From Psilocybe cubensis (Eukaryota), in contig CM039007.1 in NCBI GenBank assembly GCA_017499595.2, positions 2,170,001-2,234,000 on the forward strand: 64,000 nucleotides of DNA. The letters are read 5' to 3'. The position numbers and the translations under genes are program-made. This document shows positions 37,752 through 49,237 of the stretch, in pieces (the stretch's first letter is position 1; the number at the start of each line of letters is the position of its first letter). The notes under the pieces were generated by a model, which worked only from the letters and a program-made list of their open reading frames with translations, made no database searches and was not told the DNA's origin.

Positions 37752-40700
37752 ATGAAAAAGTTGTTTGGCCACAAGCCAAAGACAGGCAAGTCCGCCCTAG
37801 GGTCGAGAGACTTTAGTGAGGTGTGTAGCCCAGCAGGATCTTTCGCTGATCACGCGTACTCACTCCCTATCCAGGACGGCCTCAGGCCACCGATACCCAC
37901 CCCACTCTACAACAAACATGCCACCCACGGGAACCCAATGGCTGGTCCTCTCAACCAGCCATTTGCCGGGCACCATGTCACTGACGAAGAGCTCTGGGAG
38001 GTCGTCCAGCCCACCCCTTCCTCCACCGCCGATTCGCCGCGTATACCGGGTGTGCAGCCCCCGCCCCCGCCGAGTATCAAGGCCCCGCCGTCCCGCTCGG
38101 GCTCGTTCACCTCCCTGCCGCAGTCTCATGGAACGGGCGGAATATCTGCATCCGCTGCGCCCCCGCGATCGGCGTCTCCGATGAGCACGGTCACGAACAC
38201 GTCGAATAAGCTGGTGAAGAACCATCCAAGTGTGGCGGCAGCTGGGGGAGGGAGCAGGAAGAAGAGTCAGACGTCGGCACCGGTCGCGGTGGGGATACTA
38301 AGGGCGCTCGAGCCCCCGCGCATGGTGCCGAATGACCCGCAGATGATGATACCCAGGGCGTCGTCCGAGGAGCGCAGGTCTGTGTCGGATAATGGCGAGA
38401 GAGAGAAGAAGAAAGGGTTCTGGGGGTCGAAGGATAAGGAGAGGGAGCGGGAGCGTCTGAAAGAGATGGAGAGGGAGCATCAGATGCGGGAGATGGCGGT
38501 CGCACGCGAACGGGAACGAGAGCGAGAGACTCGACCGCAGGAGTACGAGCGCGGCAGGGAACAGCGGCGAGACGAGGACAGCCAGGCCGAGCTTACGCGC
38601 ATGATTGGCAAGTTGCCAACATCTGATGTGTCGCATTGATCTAATTTTCTGTCCTAGGTTACCTCACTGCGACCGCCTCGGAGGACTGGGCTCTTGTGCT
38701 CGAAGTCTGCGATCGTGCGTCGGCGAGCGAGCACAATGCGAAGGAGGCTGTCAGAGCGCTGCGGCGCGAATTCAAGTAGTGATTTTTTCTAAAGTTGTCT
38801 TTGCGTCTGCGCTAATCAGCATGACGCGCTAGATATGGTGAACCGCCCGCGCAGCTCTCGGCCGCCAGAGTACGTCCCCGATTTCATTTATTCTGCGTAG
38901 AAAATGACTCAGATCGACATCGTGAAGCTTTGGGCGATTATGCTGCGCAATTCAAACGACCTGTTTATCGCCCAGTCGACGTCGCGCAAGTTTTTGGACA
39001 CGATCGAGGACCTGCTGTCGTCTGCACGCACCTCGCCCGTTGTACGCGAACGTCTGTTGGAAGTTGTCGCAGCTGCGGCGTATGCTAGTGGGAATAGTAT
39101 GTGTTTATTTATTTATTTTGGGCTGATGATATGTTGATTTATCCTCTTTACAGAAAAAGGGAGTGATAGAGAAGGATTTAAAGGGTTGTGGCGGCGCGTC
39201 AAGCCATTCGATAAACCTGATGAGGTGTTTCTTAATTCATTTACAATGTGTGGAATTCGAGGCTCATTGATACAAAGGGAGTGCCATTTGATACTGACGA
39301 CGCGATGTTTAATCCACCGACTGCGACGACCGTAGGCGGCCGAGTGTCGGGCTTTGATGTGCCCACTGTATTGTACCAGGAAGCTAGCCCGCTGCCTGAG
39401 GATTCGGCGCCCAATACGCCTGTACCCGTCAGTGCCTTTTCTCCTTTTCGGAGCTTGTACTCATCATCATCACTGAAAATTGCTGATTACCCCCGGTGAT
39501 TGTACAGAACCCGCATCTAAACGCGAACCCGAATGGCAAGAGACGCAAATCGCCGACACGCAACAACCGGATTATACCATTGGACGAAGACATGCGGAGG
39601 CTTTTCCAGGAGTGCAAGATCGCTCAGGGCAATGCGTCGTTGCTTGCTCAAGCCCTGGCGCTGGCAAAGCCGGAGGAGTTGAAGAAGCAGGATATTATCA
39701 AGGTTCGTTGTCCTTTTTTTTGGCATCTCTCTGTGTTGTAGAATCAATGATATCGAAACGTCATTGTGCCGATTGTTTTAATTATCTAGGAGTTCTATGC
39801 GAAATGTAGGGCGTCACAAGAGCTTATATTTGCGCAGATCCCATGGGCGTCGTCGCTTGCGGAAAAGTCTATTGCGATGCGAGATAAAGATCGGGATAGG
39901 GATAAGCATGGGCGTAGCCGTAAAGTCTCTTCCAATGACTCGCATACCAACAACACAGCTGCGGTTAATGGGAAAGCAACGGACCCGCCTCCGCCGCTGG
40001 ATGCAACTATTGAGGAACAGCTGCTGGCTGCGTTACTTGCAGCGAACGCGGAGCTTATGGAGGCACTTAAGGTGTATGATGACCTCAAGCGGGTTGCATT
40101 GGAGAGGCGGATTGAGGATCAAAGTCGGAGGGATGCGAGGAGTGCGCGGAGGGTGGGTGCTTTTTTTTCTTTTATCTTTTCTTGTCTTTTCTTTGTTAGT
40201 GCACCCTTGTGCTGGCGACGGGATGTCGGGTGTACGTTTATTGGACGGAGCACGTTGCATTCTCTACCTTTTTTTTCTCTTCCTTTTTTCCTTTTTTTGC
40301 TCATCGAGTCGAGGTGTATTAATTGGTTTGAAAACATGGCATAACAGGCCCGCGACCAGCTGCCGGCCGAGCCGCTGGGAAGCGACGCAGCGTTTGGCAG
40401 CCGCGAGCGCGAACGATCGCGGTCGAGATCAAGAACACCCTCGCCGGAGTCCCGTTCGAACTCGCCGTACCCGTCGACACTCACTCAGCCAAACCCACAC
40501 CCACATCCACAAATTCACGCCCATGCCCCTCCTGCACACACACATGCGCACGTCCAGCCCCGCTCACTCCCTGTCCCGATGTCGCTCCCCGACCCCGAGC
40601 AAAACCTCGCGCCGCCCCCTGCGGCGCCGCACGGGCCCCGCCTGCCTGCACATGGCGCGTCATCGCAGCATTCCGTGCGCTCGGTGCATTCGCGGACGCC

Positions 40701-41196
40701 ATCGCCCGGTTCCCCCGCACGGGATAAGTTTGGGAATGGGAACACGAAGTATTATGCAGACTCGGTGTCGTCACACACTGCTGTTGTTAATGGGAATGTG
40801 CAGGGAGATGGGGAAGAGGAAGAAGAGGAAGAATACTTTTACCCGACGAAGCCGAGTGCGAAGGCGCTGGGCAAGCGGAAGTTAGTCGAGCCTGAGCCGG
40901 ATCCCACCTTCCCCGCCTCGGGCAATGGGGCCTCATTCGACCCAGACGATATATACTACGGCATCGGCGGCGGTGCGGGGGGTGGGGGAGGAAGAGATCA
41001 TCCACCATTTGGCGTCGGGGCGGGACACGACGACGACGACGATGAGGACGATGATAGTAGAGGTAGGGAGTACACTTTGTTCCGCCCCAAAGTCAACTTT
41101 GTGTATGATGCTGTGGCGGAGAGGGAGATGATGCGGATGCGGATGTTGCAGGAACAGCAGCAACAACAGCTTGTGGCAACAAATGGCGTGCATTAA
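37752..41196 (+). CDS. VHS- and GAT-domain endosomal adaptor (Tom1/Lsb5-like), multi-exon
   Basis: 'ELTRMIGYLTATASEDWALVLEVCDRAS..KEAVRALRREFKYGEPPAQLSAARLWAIMLRN' (VHS) and 'ECKIAQGNASLLAQAL..EQLLAALLAANAELMEALKVYD' (GAT). Confidence 0.85.
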
Positions 41197-41559
41197 GGAT
41201 ACTGGGGCTTGGTCAAGTTTAATATTTCGAGCGGGGATCGTGCTTATGCTTGTGGTTTTGCTGGTGGTCGTGTCGTGCTTGTGGTCGTGTTTGTTGGCGT
41301 GTTTGTTCTTGTCCTTGTGATTGTGATTGTGGTAGTTGGGATGTTGTTTTTAGTGGATCTTTCTTATTTGCTTTCTTTTCTTTATGTTGCACATTTGTTA
41401 GCTGTTCTACTCAAGTTCTGCTTACTATATACAGATTGGTTGTTTTATGGATTGTTTTTTTTAAAATATACAATGTTTGAGAACTGCAAGGTTTAAATTT
41501 GACATTTGCTTGATTCTGCTATCAACTTTCAAATAAGGCTTTCACATCCTTAAATGGCC

Positions 41560-41980
41560 CTTTACAGCTACTTTCATATCAATAGGCCTAAAATGAAAAT
41601 TTACACATACACGGAGAATGAAATTTCAGTTGGCGGAGCTTGGATGTGAGTCCGGCAATATGCCAAGATATTCGGCGGGCATATATATAGAACACAACAC
41701 GTAAAAGTTTAGGGGAAAATATAATTTTTTCAGAGTTGATTATAGGGTGACGCTATGGTGTTAGGTTTTGTGTCATTCAGATTGCACTCCAAAAACATTT
41801 TTAAGGCCATTTCTTTCTCGACTTTGGCAATATGTCAACACATCATTGAAGATCGTGCTACTGTTCAAAACAGCTCAAAATAGAAACATAGCCGAAATGA
41901 CTTGCTTACAACAGGTTTAAAGTCTGCCTGTATGTGTATATTTTCATTTTAGGCCTATCGATATGAAAGTAGCTGTAAAG
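41560..41980. repeat. 52-bp inverted repeat pair enclosing ~317 bp (MITE-like or transposon terminus)
   Basis: 41560-41611 CTTTACAGCTACTTTCATATCAATAGGCCTAAAATGAAAATTTACACATACA versus the reverse complement of 41929-41980, with 2 mismatches. No clear TSD. Confidence 0.75.
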
Positions 41981-42523
41981 CAAGAAAATGTTACTATTAC
42001 AATGGCCAAGAGGTTTTACATCTGCAAACCGATGCCAACCCCAAGGGGGTACCGTGATTTGGATCGGCAATATCGGGTTGGCCCTTGGCGGGCCCTTGAA
42101 AAGAATCCTAGTCAAAAAAAATTTTTGAACTTTTTTGGGTTTTGATGACCTCACAGAGGACTTGTATTGATATATTAGTGCCAATTAAGCCTTTTAATGT
42201 GCAGATAAATTAATATATGCCTCAATATTGCATCAATAGAACTATTTTACGGATGAGTAGGAGTCAATTGATCAAAATAGGATAAGACACTTGGCTCGGA
42301 AAGTAGCAGGCCATGATGACATCATTCTGAACTTAGTCTGAGATTGTTGCAAAGTCCTCAATGAATGCTGTTCACTTTACATAGGCTCATACTTAATTCT
42401 ATTCCTTACTTGCACTGACAAAAAGTATATTATGCAAGCTACCTCTGACCCTACAAAGGTATGCAACAGGAAAATTTGAAGCAGCTAAGTATACTTGTAC
42501 TCAGTGCACTTAACCTATAGTCC

Positions 42524-42868
42524 GTGTCCTTGAAAGCCAACCCACCCATTGTTAATGGGTTTGTTACATGCCCCAAATGCCAAGTTCCTATTAAGGCGGA
42601 TACCTTTGGATTATCCAACTACTATTGCCACCAGGAAATCACTACCTATAGAGGAAATCAGTGTAGGCAAGAGAAAATTGAGAAGAAGCAAAAGGCAGAT
42701 AAACAACAGGCAAAAGAACAAGCAGTCTTTTCAAGCTTCTTCAAACCCAAGGCCCTGCTGGTTTTGCCTACCATATTTGCACCTGCGCTTGTCAAGTCAT
42801 CAGCTGCAAGACCAGTATCTATTGCCTCCATCATTGGCAAAAGTGACAAGACCTCCAAATGCCTTTGA
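42524..42868 (+). pseudogene. 5' remnant of a transposon-associated gene with a CxxC..H zinc-finger-like motif and a K-rich segment
   Basis: 'FVTCPKCQVPIKADTFGLSNYYCH..KQKADK..FSSFFKPK'. The ORF ends abruptly in CpG-poor sequence next to TEs. Confidence 0.35.
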
Positions 42869-43127
42869 GGCCTTTGAAGGCAGGTCAATGTTTCATGTGA
42901 CTAAATAATGTTGCCTAAAACATTTCAATAAAATTTGAAGGCGCTCTAAACATTTAGAGGGCATTTAGATGCTCTCCAGACATTTGTGCAGCTCCAAATG
43001 CATCATCAATGATTTCATGTACTTACAGTTATCTTCAAATTATTTATTTGCCATTAAACCTTGATAGAATCATTGAACAAAGATATAAAAGAAGAGCAAA
43101 ACATTTAGTGTAAATTTATGTCCATCC

Positions 43128-43447
43128 TGTTAAACGACTATTACTTAATGTAGATTACGTTCAACCATGTGGCTCTTAAAGTCATATGATAAGTCATGTG
43201 AGTAGATTACTAAGTAGATAGATGACTAAGTACTGTATAGTAGTTACTGTCACTAGTCACATGTAACGCACATTAGGTGTATATAAGGGCAACGCTAGTG
43301 CCCTCTAATAACAAGCGGTTTTCATAACCCACTTGAGTAGCTACAACTCAAGTAACACGACCCAAAGGGTAAGTATTAAATCAAGTCCTTAGCCACTGCA
43401 TATATAGACTGTGTAGAGTAGTCTTGGGCACATCTTGCTGCTCAACA
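43128..43447 (+). repeat. 5' LTR of Copia element 1
   Basis: TGTTAAAC...CTCAACA, direct repeat of 48796-49115, with a TATATAAG box at ~43280. Confidence 0.97.
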
Positions 43448-46400
43448 GGTTATGGGCCCCGCAGCCATAACAACGCAGGCTTGTTAGCCTTGCTGTCAAT
43501 GGCACTAGCCTAGGGACAGTACTTGCCCTCATGCTGCTCTGAAAGATAACACCTATTTTTGGCAATCTAGATGAGTGTGCAAAGATTTTAATCTCGATTG
43601 GATTTTAGATCTGATCTTGAGATTGATTAGGCCTGACCAGCTCAACTGTTTCCTTCTATTTTAAGTCCAGGATGTGAGAAAAGCCTTGCTGACTTATTCT
43701 TGTCATAGGCTCAAACTTTAAGTGTACTAAGAATGTCTTCCAAAGCAACCGTATCCATTTCCAAATTTCCCAAATTTGATGGTTCCAACTATCATAAATG
43801 GGCTGACAAAATGCTTCCCATATTCCTCCTGACTGGCATTGATGGAGTTATTTCTGGAGATGTCGTAGCCCCTTCTCCAATTGAAGGAGAGCCTGCATTC
43901 CCAAACCCCGTTGCTCCGGCAACAACTGTTATCGCAGCTCAAGTTGAGCTGTGGAAAATCCAATTCCAACGCTGGTCACAAAGATCTTTGTCATTCAGGA
44001 AAGCAATGAAAGACTTTAAGGAGCAGAATTCTAAGGCACTAGGTGTCATTGTGAATTCCTTGATCCCATCTATTTGAGAAACAGTCAAGGGAAAGACCGC
44101 GAAGGGAGCATGGGACAATCTGAAAGCAAAATACAATAAAGTTCAATTTGTTGAAGTGATAGAGGATTTTAAACATCTGACTACCTTCAAATTTGATCTT
44201 TCAGATCCTACCCCTCAGCTGGCCCGTTTCAGAGCCATCTACAAGCATGTCAAACAGGTCGAAACAACAGATCTAGTATCCAAGACCATAGCATGTCTCA
44301 TTTTATTCTCACGTTTACCCCTTGCGGTATTGCCTAACCAACTGCCCTCCATATATCAAAGTTTAATCAATGATTATGGAGATAAAACCAAGATTAACGC
44401 AATAAAGCTGGAGGATATCTCTGCTGACATTTGTAATTGTTGGAAAGCGCGGTTTGGTAATGTGGATGACAGGCAAAAGCCTAAAAAGGGTACAACATAT
44501 GACCCTAAGCCTGCACCAAAGGCCGGCCCTTCCCGGGCACCGCATTAGTTGGCTGAATGCAATACTGCAATCCGACCAAAAGGGGAACACCCCCACTATC
44601 ATCCTTTGAAGACCCCTAATCAGGGACAGTCTCAGGGTGATAATCAGGAGAAGAGAATTTGTAAGCATGCCCCACAAGGCAAAGGCAAGCACCGTATACA
44701 AGGCAATACAGCCTTAGCGGATGATATCTTTATGGCATCAACATCAGTGGTTTTCGAACCAGCAATTCCAGCTCCCACCACGTTGAGGATCATAGAGATC
44801 AATAGTAGAGGAAGTATATCCTCCCGTACCTCTGCTCTGGCTGGGCCCTGGAGAAATCCGGACACGCGCATGGTGCCATACCCGGCTCCTGCTACCATAC
44901 GCAGTCTCGCTTCCAGAATTGGAATAAAGCCTACTTTTCAGGCACTCCAGATCATGGAAAGCATTACCACAAGCAGCTTACAGATTCCCTCGGATGTCTC
45001 CTTTGCAGAGAGGTTGAAGACTCCGCCCGTCAACTCTGAAACCATTGATGATCACATGGTTGTTAATGGTAAGATTACATCTTTGGAGATCGAAAAGCTT
45101 AATAATGAGCTATTTGGACCGGAATCAAAGCAATGGGGTGATATCCCAAACTTTGATGATCAGAGAGAACGGTCTCCTGATGTTCCTATTGAGGAACGTG
45201 TGGATTATGAAGAGGACAATGAAGATCTCTACGATGGTTACTATGATGACCATTTTATTGATAGGCAAGTAAGTTCTAGTTCTAGCAATTGGACCATAAA
45301 TAACGCTAAGATTCCCACAGAGACTACCCCATCTAGAGATGACAACGACTTAACAGTCGACCGGCCAGAGGAGGAAGAGTTCCCTGTAGATATTTACTAC
45401 TCATTTGTATATGATGTATACCAAAAATATTTATCTCATTTTGCGTGTTGTCTAGATTGCAAAGAAAAAGGAACTGAAAAACCCAAAAAGATGAAAAAAG
45501 CCATAACAGCTTGCTTAATGGACAGTAGTGCTAGTGTGCACTTTACTGGCAATAAGTCTGATTTTGCGAGTTACCAAGACTTTGCTGAGAATAATCGACC
45601 TATTTTGCAAACTGTCACTACCACAGTGCCTATTACTGGTTTTGGAACAGTCTTCGTAGAAGTGGTTTCATACTCTAAGGATTCCGGACATGAAGTCCGC
45701 CGTCTCCATCCTGTTCTATATATAGAACAATTACATGTCCGATTAATGTCGATGGGACAACTTCTGTCGTCCGGCATGACTATAGAAGGAACAGCTAAAG
45801 TCCTTTGGTTTTTTGATTTGCCTGAAAAATCATATGGCCTACAAGCCAGGGCAGATTCAATTGAATTGAACAGACATCCAATGTATTGGGTGCATACACA
45901 CATTGTCTCCAGAGAAGACATTAGCATGTTATCTTTGACTCTTCAAGAGTCAAGTGACCTTTGGCATTGACGCCTTAGTCATCCCTCTAACAATGTCCTT
46001 AGACATTTTAGGGACTCCACAAAAAACTTTCCCAAAATAAGTGTACCCAAGGATAAAAATGTCTGTGAAGGCTGCGCGAAGGGTAAAATGACTGACAAGT
46101 CATATAATGAAAACCCCAAACGCGCAAAGAAGCCTTTTGATTGTATCCATTGTGATCTTAAGACATTTTCTATTTATTTCTATGTAAATACTTCATGTTC
46201 TTTTTGGACGATTACACACCACATGTCTGGCTCTACTTCCTTAAAAAGAAGAGTGATGTCACCACGGCTATGAATTCTTTCAAGACTATGGTGGAAAAAT
46301 AGTATGGTACCTCCGTCAAAGAGTACTTCTTTGATAATGGCAGAGAATTTGTTAGTACCAAGTTCTTGGAAGGGCTGCAAAATGCCGGTACACATGCCTG

Positions 46401-48795
46401 TTTTACAGCTCCCTATGCTCATCAGAGCAATGGTCGAGCTGAAAGATTAAACAGGACAATTATGGAAAAGTCCAAAGCAATGAGGCATTATACCTGTCTA
46501 CCGGATAGCTGGTGGCAATTTTGCTGTGCCTACGCTGTCTTTCTATACAATAGGACTCCGGTAAAACGCATTGAGTAGAAGACACCCCATCAGGCCCTTA
46601 AAGGAGAGTTACCTAATGTGTCTAAAATTAAAACTTTGGGATGCGCAGCTTACGTATACCTACACAAGGAGCAGCGTAAAAATAAGTTATCACCGCGTTC
46701 TGAGTTGATGACATTCCTCAGCTACAAATCTAATTTGGTAATGATCTTTATGAGATCTCCAAATAATACAGTCTTTTGTGCAAACAAGGCCCTATTTGAT
46801 GAAACCTTATTCCCAAAGTGTGAATCTAAGAGGAAGATTCCACCCAATACACGCTTTAATCCTCCAAAACCAAAGGGACCCTCCTTTGAAATCGGCTATG
46901 GAAGTGAGTTGACTGATTCCAATAACGACAATTTTCTAATGCCACCTCTGCCGAAAGAGACAGGCAATCAATCAAGCCCACAGTCCACCAGTCCTCCAAG
47001 TTCTATGCCAGTGCCTAGTTCACGTCCTCCTTGTGACAATGACAATGATCAGGATGACGATCAGGGATATATAACACCTCCCACGTCAGGTCAAAGACTA
47101 AAAATGCCTAATATACCTGTCAAGCCTCCGCCCAGAAGGTCGGATAGAACTTGGAAAGTACTAGAGTGGGAAGGTAATGTGTACCAATCCGGAACAACAA
47201 CCAATAAAGATCAACGTAAGAAGTTGCAGACTATTTCACACGGAGTGGCATTCGTCCCTGATTACGTGCCACTTACTCGATCTAGTAGCAATCGCAATGT
47301 TGAATCTGGTATCCCTAATTCAGGGATGGAAGGGGAAGTAGCAAACAGTTTTTTTGCAACATTACTTTCCAAACGGGTCTGCAAAATCATTTGCGCTACT
47401 GATTATGGTCTCACAAAGGATGTCCGTGACTGGATCCTGTGTGATTTGCTGAAATTACCAGCTGACCAACAGAAGGAATGGAGACAAGCCATGAAAGACG
47501 AGTTAGAGGTCCTTGTCAAAAGAGAGGTCTATGAGCTTGTTAATTTTCCTAACGGCCAAAAAGCCATCAAATGCAGATGGGTCTATAACATTAAAACTGA
47601 TGGTCGGAAAAAGGCTCGTCTGGTAGCCAAAGGCTTCTTATAGATAGAAGGCCTAGACTACGATGAGTTATTCTCACCCGTGGTCATGCTACCAAGTGTT
47701 CGCACAATATTTGCCCTTGCCGCACTTGAAGGGTAGAAAGTCTGGTCCCTTGACGTCATATCGGCCTTTCTTTATGGTCCATTGGACGAGGAGATATATA
47801 TGGAACAGCCTGAGGGCTTTGTTCTAAAGGGACAGGAGAAAAAAGTACTCCGGCTTAAAAAGGCAATTTACGGGCTCAAACAAGCTGCATGAGCATGGTG
47901 GTTTGAGCTAGACAGGAGTCTAAAAGAGCTCGGATTTACTAGACTATACTTGGACGCCGGCATCTTTATCTCACGTCATACTGACGGCACATTAGCAATA
48001 ATGTTTGCCTATGTTGACGACATCCAGATCACCGGACCCAACTCTGAACTCTCACATCAGAAGAAAAATCTCTTCATGAAGAAGTGGAATTGCCAGGATC
48101 TTGGAGAATCACGGAAGTTCCTCCATATGGCTATTAATTACAAAGACGGCAAAATCCTCTTGAGTCAAGCTAACTATTTGGAGAAGGTTTTAACCCATTT
48201 TGGCATGAGCAATGCTAGCCTTAGTTTATGATGGGAAGTCTTGCACAGGTCTATATGCCTATTGTGACGCCTCTTATGGAGACAACCAATCAGAGCTTGA
48301 CCTTAAGCATTGGTCTGCACAAGGCTACTTTTTTAGCTTGACAAATGCTGCGGTCATGTGGAAATCACAGACATAGAAGTTAGTCTCGACGTTGTCTACT
48401 ATGAGTGAATACATGGCACTCTCTGACTACGCCAAAGATTGTGCATGGATTAAAAATCTATTTGCGGAACTGGCCAAACCAATTTCCCATGTCCCAGTTT
48501 ATGCGGACTCACATGGTGCAATTTTCAATGCTCAGAATCCTGTGACACAAAAAGGAATCAAGCACATAAAGATTCACTATCATTACATACGGGAACAAAT
48601 AAAGCAAGGCACACTCAAGTTATATGCAGTTCTGACTGCCGATAATGTTGCCGACATGTTTACCAAGAATCTAGGCCCTGACCTATTCTTGAAACATAAA
48701 TCTGCTCTAGGTCTTGAATTTTACCAGCTAGATTAGTCCGTTCATAAAAACAAGTAGAGTCCTGCCTTATGGCGCGCGCACCACTTGAGGGGGAG

Positions 48796-49115
48796 TGTTG
48801 AACGACTATTATTTAATATAGATCATGTTCGATCATGTGGCTCTTAAAGTCATATGATAAGTCATATGAGTAGATTACTAAGTAGATAGATGACTAAGTA
48901 CTGTATAGTAGTTACTGTCACTAGTCACATGTAACACACATTAGGTGTATATAAGGGCGACGCTAGTGCCCTCTAATAACAAGCGGTTTTCACAACCCAC
49001 TTGAGTAGCTACAACTCAAATAACACGACCCAAAGGGTAAGTATTAAGTCAAGTCCTTAGCCACTGCATATATAGACTGTATAGAGTAGTCTTGGGCACA
49101 TCTTGCTGCTCAACA
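48796..49115 (+). repeat. 3' LTR of Copia element 1
   Basis: TGTTGAAC...CTCAACA, preceded by the PPT and followed by TSD CATCC. Confidence 0.97.
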
Positions 49116-49237
49116 CATCCAAATAATTACAAGGATTGCATTGCACGCCAAATGATTAGAGTGATTGAAATTCACACAAAATGATTTTGCAAGGTTGAAT
49201 TTTACAGACTATATTATATTTACCTAATAATACACAG

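Larger units (their letters stand above)
43128..49115 (+). mobile_element. Full-length decayed Ty1/Copia LTR retrotransposon
   Basis: 320-bp TG..CA LTRs (43128-43447, 48796-49115), 5-bp TSD CATCC on both sides, PBS GGTTATGGGCCC at 43448 and PPT GAGGGGGAG 48787-48795. Domain order gag (KFDGSNYHKW), protease (MDSSASVH), integrase (SNGRAERLNRT), RT (YVDDI), RNase H. Many in-frame stops and an RT/RNase H deletion near 48220. Confidence 0.97.

Noticed and set aside
1..41200. Secondary-metabolite cluster or mating-type locus
   Set aside because: No PKS, NRPS, terpene synthase, decarboxylase, homeodomain, pheromone-receptor or repetitive RiPP precursor genes seen; the genes are functionally unrelated.
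43448..43470. tRNA-like sequence
   Set aside because: Only a short primer-binding site complementary to part of a tRNA(Met); no cloverleaf.
44540..44555. TAG between gag and pol as programmed readthrough
   Set aside because: The element has many other transition-derived stops and lacks a CARYYA readthrough context, so CAG>TAG decay is simpler.
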